42,206 nt of DNA from Patescibacteria group bacterium (GCA_040290225.1 PSMS01000002.1:1-42206); one strand, 5' to 3'. Positions 28,530 to 40,670 are shown, counted from the first letter of the stretch. Numbers and translations are program-made. Notes: generated by a model from the letters alone, not told the origin.

Positions 28530-29735
28530 TTAAAGGTTTTGAATAATTTTAGTTAGATTCAAAAGAGGGATCAAAAGAGATGCTTCGAGTAAAACAAGGC
28601 CGCCTCCTAAAATTAAAATTAAAAATGGCTGAAGAGCTTCTCCTAAATTAGCAAATTGACTTTCAACCATTTCTGTGTAAAACCCTAAAATCGTTAAAAC
28701 AATTTCTGTCATCTGTCCTGTTCTTTCTGCTGTTTTCATAGCCTCAATAACAATTCGGGAAAAAACATGAGGAAATTCTTCCATTGCTCCACTAAATGGT
28801 TTTCCTTTTTTAACCTCTTCAATCATTAAACCTAAAGCTTCTTCATAAACAGGATGTTTTATGCTATTTTTAATAATATCCAAAGCTTCAACTAAAGGTA
28901 CTCCACCTCGAGTTAAATAATAAAGTGATTCTAAAAATTGAGCGATATAAATATTTTTAAATAATGGGCCTATAACAGGCAAAATATTAATAAAACTAAA
29001 AAAATAACCTTTACCCTCTCTTGTTTGAGAATATTTATAAAAATAATAAATTGCTCCAGCTAAAATAATTGCTGAATAGATTCCGTAATTAATTAAAAAA
29101 TTAGAAAAGTAAATAAAAATTTGAGTAATTAAGGGTAAAGGAACATTGGCTTCTTTAAATAAACCAGCAATTCGAGGAATAACCGAAGTGGCTAAAACAA
29201 TAATTGTTACTAAAAACATTGCTAAAACAATTGCTGGATAAATTAAAGCCTGAATAGCTTTGTTTCTGAATTTAATTTGATTTTCCAAATGTTTAGCAAT
29301 ATAATTCATTGTTTCATCTAAAGTACCAACTGATTCTCCTATTTTTACCATTCCAACAAAATAATCATCAAAAATATCAGGAAACCTTGAAAGAGAACTA
29401 GAAAATGGAACACCAGAAATTAAATCCTGATAAATTTGAAATAAAACATCTCTAAAATAAGCATTAGGAGAAGTTTCGGCTAAAGATTTAATAGCTTCAT
29501 CAAGTGGAGTTTGGGCTTTAATTAAATAAGCTAGTTGTCTTGAAAATAAATAAATATCTTTTAAATTTGGTTTTCTTAATAAAAACTCAAACAATTTAAT
29601 TCTTGCTTCAGCTAAATAGGTAACAAGCAATTCTTGTTCTTGAAGTAATTTTAAAGCTTCCTCTTTGGATGAAGCAGTAATAACTCCTTCTTTTAATTCT
29701 CCTTGTCGAGTAAAGGCTTTAAATTTAAATTTCAT
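28530..29735 (-). CDS. pilC: type IV pilus platform protein PilC (GspF family)
   Basis: Two GspF-type repeats, three TM segments, 401 aa. Confidence 0.9.
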   Translation of the reverse strand: MKFKFKAFTRQGELKEGVITASSKEEALKLLQEQELLVTYLAEARIKLFEFLLRKPNLKDIYLFSRQLAYLIKAQTPLDEAIKSLAETSPNAYFRDVLFQIYQDLISGVPFSSSLSRFPDIFDDYFVGMVKIGESVGTLDETMNYIAKHLENQIKFRNKAIQALIYPAIVLAMFLVTIIVLATSVIPRIAGLFKEANVPLPLITQIFIYFSNFLINYGIYSAIILAGAIYYFYKYSQTREGKGYFFSFINILPVIGPLFKNIYIAQFLESLYYLTRGGVPLVEALDIIKNSIKHPVYEEALGLMIEEVKKGKPFSGAMEEFPHVFSRIVIEAMKTAERTGQMTEIVLTILGFYTEMVESQFANLGEALQPFLILILGGGLVLLEASLLIPLLNLTKIIQNL

Positions 29736-30793
29736 GACTCAAGTAAATATTTTAATCTTGATGGATTTAAGCTAAATTCTAAGGCTGTTTCTAAAGTTAT
29801 ATGGCCTAACTGAACCAAGGTTGCTAATGATCTATCTAAAGAAATCATTCCTTCATGAAGATGGGTATCAATAACGCTATCAATTTGATAAACTTTATTT
29901 TCTCTAATTAAGTTTCTGACAGCATTGTTAGCAATTAAAATTTCACAAGCAGGAATTCTTCCTCCTTGAATTCTAGGAACAAGTCTTAGAGAAATAATAC
30001 CTACTAATGTAGATGCCAATTGAAGCCTAGCTTGATTTTTTTGTGTTTCTGGTAAAACATCAATAATTCTATCTATTGATTGAGCCGCAGAATTTGTATG
30101 TAAAGTAGCTAAAACCAAATGACCAGTTTCAGCAGCTGTCAAAGCTATTGAAATTGATAAAGCATCCCTTAACTCACCAATCATAATTACATCGGGATCT
30201 TCTCTTAAAGCAGATTTTAAAGCCCGGTGCCAACTTGGGGAATGAGTTGGAATTTCTCTTTGAGAAATAACTGATTTATCTGGTGTAAAGATATATTCGA
30301 TTGGTTCTTCAATGGTAATAATATGAGCTTGACGAAAATGATTGATCTCATCAATTAAAGCAGCTAAGGTCGTTGATTTCCCCATCCCTGCTGGTCCTGC
30401 CACTAAAATAAAACCTTGTCTTCTATTGACAAATTCATTTAAAATTGGAGGTAAATTTAATTCTTCAATACTTTTTATTTCATTAGGAATAAGTCTGAAA
30501 GCACCTGCCCAACCATTAAATTGTAAATAAATATTAGCTCGGAATCTATAAGTCTCGTTTAAAAAGAAAGAAAAATCAATATCTTTTAATTTTTTCAATC
30601 GAGATTTAAGCTCTTCATCTAATAAAGAAAAAAGCATTTTTTCTGTATCTTCATTAGTTAGAATTTCGTATTGGGTTAAAGGAATCAAATTACCATCTTT
30701 TCTCATTATAGGAAAACTACCAGGTAAAATATGTAAATCGGAAGCATTCTGATTAACAATAAATTTAAAAATTTCTTCTAATCTTTTATCCAT
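29732..30793 (-). CDS. pilT: type IV pilus retraction ATPase PilT
   Basis: Walker A GPAGMGKST, IITIEEPIEY, GHLVLATLHT and the PilT-type AVRNLIRE motif. Confidence 0.9.
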   Translation of the reverse strand: MDKRLEEIFKFIVNQNASDLHILPGSFPIMRKDGNLIPLTQYEILTNEDTEKMLFSLLDEELKSRLKKLKDIDFSFFLNETYRFRANIYLQFNGWAGAFRLIPNEIKSIEELNLPPILNEFVNRRQGFILVAGPAGMGKSTTLAALIDEINHFRQAHIITIEEPIEYIFTPDKSVISQREIPTHSPSWHRALKSALREDPDVIMIGELRDALSISIALTAAETGHLVLATLHTNSAAQSIDRIIDVLPETQKNQARLQLASTLVGIISLRLVPRIQGGRIPACEILIANNAVRNLIRENKVYQIDSVIDTHLHEGMISLDRSLATLVQLGHITLETALEFSLNPSRLKYLLES

Positions 30794-32503
30794 TTATGTA
30801 ACCTTAAACAATTCATCAAGATAAACTAATCCTTGACTTGCTTTAATTATACCATCCAGCCTCATAGAAATAAAATCTTGTTTTTTAACTAACTCAAACA
30901 TTTCCGCTTCAGTTAATCCTTTAGAAATTGCTTGGGCAATTTCTTTTGTCATCTCAAACATTTCAAAAATCCCTATCCTTCCTGTATAACCCCTAAATTT
31001 ACATTTTTCACATCCTTTCCCTCTAAAAGACTTTATTTCAAGATTAGCAAATTTCCTTGGAGCATTTTTTAATTCCTTTTCAATTTCACCTTTTAGTTCA
31101 TCAGGTACAGGTATTTCTTCTTTACAATTTTGACAAATTACTCTAACTAATCTTTGAGCAATAACTAAATTCATCATTGAAGGAATAAAATAAGGTTTAA
31201 CGCCCATATCCATTAATCTAGGAATTGCTCCTAAACTTGTATTAGTATGCAAAGTTGAAAGAACTAAGTGACCGGTCAAAGCTGCATGGGTTACTAATTC
31301 AGCAGTTTCTTCATCTCTAATTTCACCAACTAAAATAACATCAGGATCTTGTCTTAAAATTTCTCTTAATCCATTAGCAAAAGAATAACCTATTTCTGGT
31401 CTTACTTGTGATTGATTAACTCCAACGATTTTGTATTCGACAGGATCTTCCAAACTAACAATATTTATCTCTTCTCTGTTAATTTCCTGCAAAAGAGCAT
31501 TTAAAGTTGTTGTCTTTCCTGAACCAGTTGGTCCAGTAACTAAAATTAGACCAAAAGACTTTTTAAGATTTCTTTTAACAATTTCGTAATGATAATCAAA
31601 TAAACCTAAATCCTGAACTTTTTTCAAGCCAATCAAAGGATCTAAAATTCTGATAGCTGCTTTTTCTCCATTAACAGTTGGAAAAATACCAACACGAAAA
31701 TCAATCTCCCTTCCTTGAACAAAAGCCCTAAATCTAGCATCTTGGGGCACTCTTTGTTCATCTAATCTCAAATTTGTTAAAATTTTAACCCTATTAATTA
31801 GTGGTTGGTGTAAATCTTTAGGAAGCAGAGCAACTATTTTTAAATCACCGTATAATCGAAATCTTAATCTCAATTTATCGGGTAATGATTCAATATGAAT
31901 ATCAGAAGCTCTTAGAGCTACTGCTTTTCTTACAATTCTTTCAAACATTTTAATTATTGCTCCCTCTTCGCCAGCAATTATTTCTTGACCAGCAACAAAA
32001 GGTTTTTCTTCCTCAATCTTTCTTCCTTTTTGACTTCTAAACTCAATAGTTAATCTTTTCATTTCATCTTCAAAATTATAATAATCTTCCAAACGAAGAT
32101 AAAAATCTTGAATAGAAATCAAAAATAATTTCAGATCATTTAATTTAAGATTATGCTTTAAAACTTCAATAACCTTTTCTTGAAAACCGGGAATATCTGG
32201 ATCAACAACTCCTAAATAAAGAATATCTTGTTTATAATCAAAAGCTAAAATTTTATAATTTAAAGCAGTTTTTTCGGGAATTTTATTAATAATCTCAACA
32301 GGAATTACTTCGTCAATCTCAAATTCTTTAACCGGCAAATTATAAACTTTAGCTTTAAACTCTAAAAATTCTTTTGGATTAATTAAATTTTTACTATAAG
32401 CATATTCCTCAAAAGGAACATTAACGATTTTTGCTTCCATTAACCAATCTTCAATTTTTGGATATTTTTCTTTGAAATATTCAATTATTTTTTGATCTTG
32501 CAT
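30794..32503 (-). CDS. pilB: type IV pilus assembly ATPase PilB (GspE family)
   Basis: N-terminal GspE-N domain, Walker A GPTGSGKTT, GHLVLSTLHT and the tetracysteine motif CQNC...CEKC. Confidence 0.92.
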   Translation of the reverse strand: MQDQKIIEYFKEKYPKIEDWLMEAKIVNVPFEEYAYSKNLINPKEFLEFKAKVYNLPVKEFEIDEVIPVEIINKIPEKTALNYKILAFDYKQDILYLGVVDPDIPGFQEKVIEVLKHNLKLNDLKLFLISIQDFYLRLEDYYNFEDEMKRLTIEFRSQKGRKIEEEKPFVAGQEIIAGEEGAIIKMFERIVRKAVALRASDIHIESLPDKLRLRFRLYGDLKIVALLPKDLHQPLINRVKILTNLRLDEQRVPQDARFRAFVQGREIDFRVGIFPTVNGEKAAIRILDPLIGLKKVQDLGLFDYHYEIVKRNLKKSFGLILVTGPTGSGKTTTLNALLQEINREEINIVSLEDPVEYKIVGVNQSQVRPEIGYSFANGLREILRQDPDVILVGEIRDEETAELVTHAALTGHLVLSTLHTNTSLGAIPRLMDMGVKPYFIPSMMNLVIAQRLVRVICQNCKEEIPVPDELKGEIEKELKNAPRKFANLEIKSFRGKGCEKCKFRGYTGRIGIFEMFEMTKEIAQAISKGLTEAEMFELVKKQDFISMRLDGIIKASQGLVYLDELFKVT

Positions 32504-32504
32504 T

Positions 32505-32780
32505 TTATTGTGGATTACTAAATAAACTTGGTCTTCCTAAATCAACTTCAGAGATTTGAGGAAATGGTTTAATAATTGTTCCTAAGTTTTTAAGAGCCTC
32601 GTTTCCTTTTTGAAAATTATAATCTTTTATAAAATTAAGCTGACTCTGAATTTTTTGTAAAATTGGTGAAGGTTCGTATTCTTTTTTAAATATTCCTGCT
32701 TTCCAAAAACCTAAAAATATTAAACCAAAAACACTAATTAAAAAAAATAAAATTACAGTTATAATACTCGTTTTATTCAT
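32505..32780 (-). CDS. hypothetical small membrane-anchored protein in the pilus operon
   Basis: 91 aa with one N-terminal TM. It overlaps the pilO stop by 8 nt and ends 1 nt before the pilB ATG. No family recognised. Confidence 0.5.
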   Translation of the reverse strand: MNKTSIITVILFFLISVFGLIFLGFWKAGIFKKEYEPSPILQKIQSQLNFIKDYNFQKGNEALKNLGTIIKPFPQISEVDLGRPSLFSNPQ

Positions 32781-33351
32781 TTTTTTCTTCTTTAGGAGAA
32801 GTTATCAGATAATAACTTTCGACCTCTATTTCTGATTTTAGACCTCCTTTTTCACCTAAATTTAAATTTAATTTATTTATTTTCATAAATCTAGTGGATT
32901 TTTCAATAGCTGAAATAAATTCTTGAATTTTACTTAAGTCAACATTTTCAAAAGAAAGAGAAAAATTGATTGTTCCTACAGGTAAAATGTTTGTATTAAT
33001 TAAATATTTTTCTTTTTTCTCGATATTAAAATTTGCCCCAGGAAAAATTCCTAAACCCAATTCTTGATAAGTTGTATGAAAGAAAAAAATTATTTCTTTA
33101 ATTTTTGGTTCTCGAGGAAGCCAAGCTTCTAAAGTTTCTTTTCTTGCCATTAAAGAAGATATTGCTCTCTCACCTTTTAATTGATTGACAATATTTTCTA
33201 ATTGGTTTAAGTCTCTTTCTTTATTGTTTAATTCATTTAATTTTTGAGCCAATTCAATAGTTTTTTTGTATTCCGGAATCAATTGATTTATAAAAACAAC
33301 TAAAATTATAACTATTAAAATTAATGGTAAGAGGTTAATAAAAAATCTCAT
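32773..33351 (-). CDS. pilO: PilO-like pilus alignment protein
   Basis: N-terminal TM, a coiled coil, then an alpha/beta domain. It sits after pilN. Confidence 0.6.
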   Translation of the reverse strand: MRFFINLLPLILIVIILVVFINQLIPEYKKTIELAQKLNELNNKERDLNQLENIVNQLKGERAISSLMARKETLEAWLPREPKIKEIIFFFHTTYQELGLGIFPGANFNIEKKEKYLINTNILPVGTINFSLSFENVDLSKIQEFISAIEKSTRFMKINKLNLNLGEKGGLKSEIEVESYYLITSPKEEKNE

Positions 33352-33863
33352 TTAAAAAAATTTGGTGTTAATTGAATTTGTAAAGTAAAATCAATTAATT
33401 GTGATTGGGTATTATATTTTGGTGAAGGATTTTCAATTATTTTAAAATTAGGATTTTTTTCTAAATAATCAACAAATTTCAAATAATCATCCCAATTAAC
33501 GGTACTCAATTTTAAGTTTATTTCTTTTTTTTCATCATCATAAGCAAAAGATTTTACAATTAAAAATTTAGGCATAAGTTTATTAAATTTTTCAATAATT
33601 TGATTTACAGAATATCTTCTTTGAGCCAGTTCAGCAATATTAGCGTATTGGGAAAAAACAAAATAGCCTTCGTTAGTTTTTATTTTATTTAAAATTTCAT
33701 TTTCTTTCTGAGTTAAATTTTGAGTTTTTTCTTGAATTTGATTTTCTTGAAAATTATTATAATAAGCTAGACCGTAAGAAAATAATAATTCTATTCCTAA
33801 AACAATTAAAAGAGGCATTAAAGCACCAATTGGTAAAATATCAGAAATTTTTGTTCTTTCCAT
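33348..33863 (-). CDS. pilN: PilN-like pilus alignment protein
   Basis: Short cytoplasmic N-terminus, TM, coiled coil and a C-terminal domain. It is directly downstream of pilM. Confidence 0.55.
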   Translation of the reverse strand: MERTKISDILPIGALMPLLIVLGIELLFSYGLAYYNNFQENQIQEKTQNLTQKENEILNKIKTNEGYFVFSQYANIAELAQRRYSVNQIIEKFNKLMPKFLIVKSFAYDDEKKEINLKLSTVNWDDYLKFVDYLEKNPNFKIIENPSPKYNTQSQLIDFTLQIQLTPNFFK

Positions 33864-33873
33864 TAAAAAAATT

Positions 33874-34917
33874 TTACTTTATAATTTTTCTAAAAACAAC
33901 TCCTAATGCTTGTGAAAACAGACTTGATTTTTCTTTTAATTTAATAAAATTATCACCTTTGACAAAACTTGTAATATCCAAAATTTCAAATTGATATTTT
34001 TTTAATCTTAAAGCAACATTTTCCTTAAAACCATTTAAAACCGAAAGCCCACCTGTAAAAATTATTTTCTCAGGCCTAAAAAGAAATTTATCTTCAATTT
34101 TACTTATTTCCATCTCTACACTGGTTATTAAATTATTTAAAAAATTTTCTGCCAGACTTTTTAATTCTCTTTCTTCAGGATTAAACATAAAACCATTTTT
34201 TTGAACCAATTCAATTGTTTTTTCTTCATTAAATTTACTAATATTCATTACCCCATCCAAATAATCATAACCTCTAAGATTTAATTTTGAACCATAAATT
34301 ATTTTTCCATCTTTAATTAAGTAAATAGTCGAGTAAGAATGTCCTAAATCAAAACAAACAAGAACTTCTTTTTTAGAAGCAAAAAATGGTTCAAGATTGA
34401 AATACTCAAGACCATAGCCACTTAATTTTAATTTTGTTAAATTAGTTAAGTTTTCTAATCTTTGAAAATAAGTTTTAGGAACAGCAACTAAAAAGACCAA
34501 CCAGTTTTTTTGTGTTTCTGACAGAAATTCAGTATATCTAAACTCAAATTCTATTTCTTCTAAAGACAAAGGCACTTGTTTTTGAGATTCAAATTTTACA
34601 ACTTGCATCAAGCTTCTTTCAGGAATATAAGGAACAAGAAAATTGATAGGAAAAGTGTTCGGGGCAGTAATGTTAAAAATTGCTTCTTTGGCTTGAATTT
34701 TAAATTTATTAAAAGATTCTTTAAGCAAAGAAGAAAGTGTTTCTTCTAAAATCCTTGATGTTGAAAAAACTTGTTTAAAATTAACTATAGGAATTAAACC
34801 GAAATTAACAACTTCAATTGACCCCTTTCGGTCAACAACTTCTACAATTTTAATACTAAAAGATCCCATGTCAATTCCTAAATATCTTTTTTCTCCTAAA
34901 AATATTCCTATAACCAT
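33874..34917 (-). CDS. pilM: type IV pilus actin-like ATPase PilM
   Basis: LGIDMGSFSIKIVEV phosphate-1 motif, FDLGHSYSTIY and FTGGLS. The ATG is at 34915-34917; the track start at 34935 is TTG and lies within the -10 region. Confidence 0.8.
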   Translation of the reverse strand: MVIGIFLGEKRYLGIDMGSFSIKIVEVVDRKGSIEVVNFGLIPIVNFKQVFSTSRILEETLSSLLKESFNKFKIQAKEAIFNITAPNTFPINFLVPYIPERSLMQVVKFESQKQVPLSLEEIEFEFRYTEFLSETQKNWLVFLVAVPKTYFQRLENLTNLTKLKLSGYGLEYFNLEPFFASKKEVLVCFDLGHSYSTIYLIKDGKIIYGSKLNLRGYDYLDGVMNISKFNEEKTIELVQKNGFMFNPEERELKSLAENFLNNLITSVEMEISKIEDKFLFRPEKIIFTGGLSVLNGFKENVALRLKKYQFEILDITSFVKGDNFIKLKEKSSLFSQALGVVFRKIIK

Positions 34918-35587
34918 CTTTAAAAAATTATACAATATTTTTTTAGATATATTTTTTCCTAAATTTTGTCTTTTGTGCTTAAAATGGAATAATAGTTATT
35001 TTTGTAAGTCTTGTTTAGAAAAAATAAATTTTGAACCTTCTTTTCATTGTCTTTTATGTGAAAAAAGATTAGATTTTAATAGTAAATGTTCTTTGCATTC
35101 CCGACTAATAAGAAAAATCATAAGTTTTGGTGTTTATGAAGAAAATAAATTGAAAGAAATAATAATTATGGCTAAAGAATTTGGTTATCGGGAAGTTTTT
35201 AAAGATCTTGGAAGAAAAATGGGTGAAAGAATTATAAATTTAAATTTAAAAGATTACCAATTATCGTTTGTCCCTCTTCATTACAAAAAATTTTTATTAA
35301 GGGGCTTTAATCAAAGCGAAGAATTAACTAAGGGAATAAATGAAATTTTAAATTTAGAAATTTTTGATGGTCTTGAAAAAATCAAAGAAACAAAAGATCA
35401 AACAGAATTAAATTTTGAAGAAAGAAAAAATAATTTAAAAGGAGCTTTTGCTTTAAATAAAAAACCGCCAGAAAAAATAATTTTAGTTGATGATATAAAA
35501 ACAACCGGATCAACTTTATTAGAAATTGCTAAAATATTAAAAGAAAATGGAACAAAAGAAATTATTGCCTTAACGATTTTAAGATGA
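34868..35587 (+). CDS. comFC: ComF-family phosphoribosyltransferase-like competence protein
   Basis: N-terminal double CxxC zinc finger (CLLC...CKSC, CLLC) and a C-terminal PRT motif ILVDDIKTTGSTL. Confidence 0.8.
   Translation: MSIPKYLFSPKNIPITIFKKLYNIFLDIFFPKFCLLCLKWNNSYFCKSCLEKINFEPSFHCLLCEKRLDFNSKCSLHSRLIRKIISFGVYEENKLKEIIIMAKEFGYREVFKDLGRKMGERIINLNLKDYQLSFVPLHYKKFLLRGFNQSEELTKGINEILNLEIFDGLEKIKETKDQTELNFEERKNNLKGAFALNKKPPEKIILVDDIKTTGSTLLEIAKILKENGTKEIIALTILR
34927..34932 (-). promoter_or_regulatory. putative -10 box TATAAT, 9 nt upstream of the pilM ATG
   Basis: The minus strand reads atattgTATAATtttttaaagATG. It lies inside the comFC reading frame. Confidence 0.4.
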
Positions 35588-36267
35588 AAAGAAAAATATT
35601 TCTTTTTGATCAATATTTAGAAGAAATAATAAAAATTAAAGACGAAAAAATAATTCATCGAATAAAAAATGTTTTAAAATTAAAACCTGGTGAAAAAATT
35701 ATATTTTTAAACAATTTTGAAGAAATTGCTGAGTACGAAATTTTAGATAACAAAAATTTCGTTTTTCGAAGATTAAATTATCAAAAAAGAAACTTAGAAC
35801 CGAAAAGGAAAATTAATCTTTATCTTTCTTTAATAAGAAAAGAAAATTTTGAATTAATTTTAGAAAAAGGAACTGAATTGGGAGTTTATAATTTTTACCC
35901 GCTGATTACTGAAAGAAGTAGTTTGAAAATAAAAGAAATTCCTGAAAGATGGCAAAGAATAATAGGCGAAGCTTTAGAAGTAACTAATTGGAAACATACG
36001 CCCCAAATTAATAAAGTTTTGAATTTTAAAGATTTGATCAGAAATGATTTAAAAAATTTTTATGTAGCTAGTAAAAATGGTGAAAAAATAAATTTAAATT
36101 CAATGCCAAAAGAAATTAATCTTTTAATAGGTCCAGAAGGAGGTTTTAGTTTGCAGGAAGAGAAAATTTTAAAAGAAAAAGGAGCGAGTTTTGTTTCTTT
36201 AGGTGATTTTGATTTAAAAACAGAAACCGCAGTTTTTGTTTTTCTTTCTTTACTGAATTTTAATTAA
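35584..36267 (+). CDS. rsmE: 16S rRNA (uracil1498-N3)-methyltransferase RsmE
   Basis: PUA-like N-terminus and a SPOUT C-terminus with LLIGPEGGFSLQEE. Confidence 0.85.
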   Translation: MKRKIFLFDQYLEEIIKIKDEKIIHRIKNVLKLKPGEKIIFLNNFEEIAEYEILDNKNFVFRRLNYQKRNLEPKRKINLYLSLIRKENFELILEKGTELGVYNFYPLITERSSLKIKEIPERWQRIIGEALEVTNWKHTPQINKVLNFKDLIRNDLKNFYVASKNGEKINLNSMPKEINLLIGPEGGFSLQEEKILKEKGASFVSLGDFDLKTETAVFVFLSLLNFN

Positions 36268-36277
36268 AATAAAAATA

Positions 36278-39077
<2,800 letters not shown>

Positions 39078-39080
39078 TTA

Positions 39081-39086
39081 ATTATA
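39081..39086 (-). promoter_or_regulatory. putative -10 box TATAAT, 6 nt upstream of the ligA ATG
   Basis: The minus strand reads gactattTTATAATtaaattATG, in the 19-nt gap after the pilX-like gene. Confidence 0.4.
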
Positions 39087-39093
39087 AAATAGT

Positions 39094-39606
39094 CTAAAAT
39101 GGCCAAGAATCAAAATCTAAAGCCCTTTCTATATTTTTTAATCTTCCGGTTGAGATTATTTTTGTATAGGGATAGTAGTCATAATTCCTTTTAAAAACTG
39201 CTTCATAAATAGTACTGTTTATTGAATTATCTATATCTTTATTTATTCTTGTAATATCACAATCGTTGGGAGGAATTATACCTTCTGCCCTTGAACCACA
39301 ATTTGGATTACCTCTGCACATTATTCTATCCATATTATTTACAAAATTTTCACAATCGCTTCCGGGATATGGCACTGTTGAAGTTTGAAAACTATATCCG
39401 CTTAATGTGTCTCCTTTAATTGCATAAAAATTTGAAACTTCTAATCCTGTTTCAGCATTACTTAAAGCTTGAAATGAGTCTAAAATTTTTCTCACTTTTA
39501 TTACTTGTTGATTTATTGGCATTAAAAGAACAATAACAACTCCTAAAGAAACTAAGATTATAAAAATTGTTAAAACAAGGGCTTGGGCTTTTTGTTTTAT
39601 TGACAT
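39094..39606 (-). CDS. PilX-like minor pilin / pilus-associated protein
   Basis: The N-terminus KQKAQALVLTIFIILVSLGVV...ALSNAETGLE resembles the PilX N-terminal domain (G/A-x-ALV...AE.GLE). There are 4 Cys in the globular part. Confidence 0.55.
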   Translation of the reverse strand: MSIKQKAQALVLTIFIILVSLGVVIVLLMPINQQVIKVRKILDSFQALSNAETGLEVSNFYAIKGDTLSGYSFQTSTVPYPGSDCENFVNNMDRIMCRGNPNCGSRAEGIIPPNDCDITRINKDIDNSINSTIYEAVFKRNYDYYPYTKIISTGRLKNIERALDFDSWPF

Positions 39607-40151
39607 CGCGGAGTTTGATAAACACTATTTAAAGGAGCGACGGCTTGCTCAAAAATTAAACTACTTGTAACTCCTCTTTTACTTTTAATCTCTAAATCAT
39701 AATAAATTACAATTAATTTTGTTGAATATTGAAAATAATCATATCTTTGAGTACTTCTAGGTGTATCAGTGGCAATTATAATATCATTTACTTTCACTAA
39801 ATTTGGATCAAAAACTGCTTGATAATTTAGTGGATTTCCTTCACTATATTCTATATATTCTAATGTTTTTGTTGAGGAATTGAATTTTAAACTTGCGCTT
39901 GTACAATCTTTTTTTTGAAAATCTAATTGTTGATTATTAACTAAATTAAAATTCCAACCATATTTTAAAGTTCTCCAAATTTTTTCTGAGCCCAATCTTA
40001 CATTTTCTAAAGCCTGATAATAGTCATTAGCTATAATACTTGCATTTGTTAAATTAATATAAATTGTACTAACAACAGTAACAATAAAAGAAAAAAGAAA
40101 AATAACAATAGCTATTTCTAAAAGAGTAAAAGATTTTTTATTTTTAATCAT
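39597..40151 (-). CDS. type IV pilin-like protein (prepilin N-terminal cleavage/methylation motif), PilW-position
   Basis: MIKNKKS/FTLLEIAIVIFLF has Glu at +5. The ATG at 40149-40151 is preferred; the track start at 40181 adds 10 residues that overlap another open frame. Confidence 0.7.
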   Translation of the reverse strand: MIKNKKSFTLLEIAIVIFLFSFIVTVVSTIYINLTNASIIANDYYQALENVRLGSEKIWRTLKYGWNFNLVNNQQLDFQKKDCTSASLKFNSSTKTLEYIEYSEGNPLNYQAVFDPNLVKVNDIIIATDTPRSTQRYDYFQYSTKLIVIYYDLEIKSKRGVTSSLIFEQAVAPLNSVYQTPRCQ

Positions 40152-40375
40152 TGGTTGGGGGGTCGGAGATAACGGATCCATCTTGTCATTAATCCTTCTA
40201 ATTTAAATTCCAAATATTTTCTTGGAGATAAAGATTCTAAAAATTTACTGGAAGTAGCAATAATTTTAATTTGAGCGGTATTAGTGCTTGATTCTATATT
40301 TATATAATAACTCAAGCCTGGAATTGATTTACCTGAAATTAAATTGGCTTGGCAAGAAAGGAGGTGTTGAGGTAG
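40148..40375 (-). other. 75-codon open frame without its own start that continues the 40329..40670 pilin-like gene in the +1 frame
   Basis: LPQHLLSCQANLISGKSIPGLSYYINIESSTNTAQIKIIATSSKFLESLSPRKYLEFKLEGLMTRWIRYLRPPNQ*. Its TGA overlaps the next gene's ATG (ATGA). Confidence 0.45.
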
Positions 40376-40670
40376 TTATTTCTTGTGTGGTGGTATTAAA
40401 ATCAATACAATAATTTCCACTTCGAAACCATTCTTTTATTTCTGGAAAACCTTCTTCTGGGTTATAATCTTTTTCCAACCATTTATTTCTGTAAGCAATT
40501 AACATTTGGTATTTTGATTGTAAATAACTATTAATAACAAACATTTCTCTTGCAAAAACTAAAGTTCTTAAATAATCACTAGAGATTTTTAAAATTGGAA
40601 TTAGAGCCAAACCAACAATTAATAAAACAATCATTAATTCTCCATAACTTGTTCCTTTATTTTTTTTCAT
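40329..40670 (-). CDS. type IV pilin-like protein, probably the 5' part of a frame-disrupted gene (PilV-position)
   Basis: MKKNKG/TSYGELMIVLLIVGLALIP has Glu at +5. It is only 113 aa and is followed by an otherwise unexplained 148-nt gap. Confidence 0.7.
   Translation of the reverse strand: MKKNKGTSYGELMIVLLIVGLALIPILKISSDYLRTLVFAREMFVINSYLQSKYQMLIAYRNKWLEKDYNPEEGFPEIKEWFRSGNYCIDFNTTTQEITTSTPPFLPSQFNFR

Noticed and set aside
40357-40364. The only strong SD-like string seen (aaggagg, + strand)
   Set aside because: It is the complement of Pro-Pro-Phe codons inside the minus-strand pilin-like gene. The + strand reaches a stop within a few codons, so it is not a ribosome-binding site.
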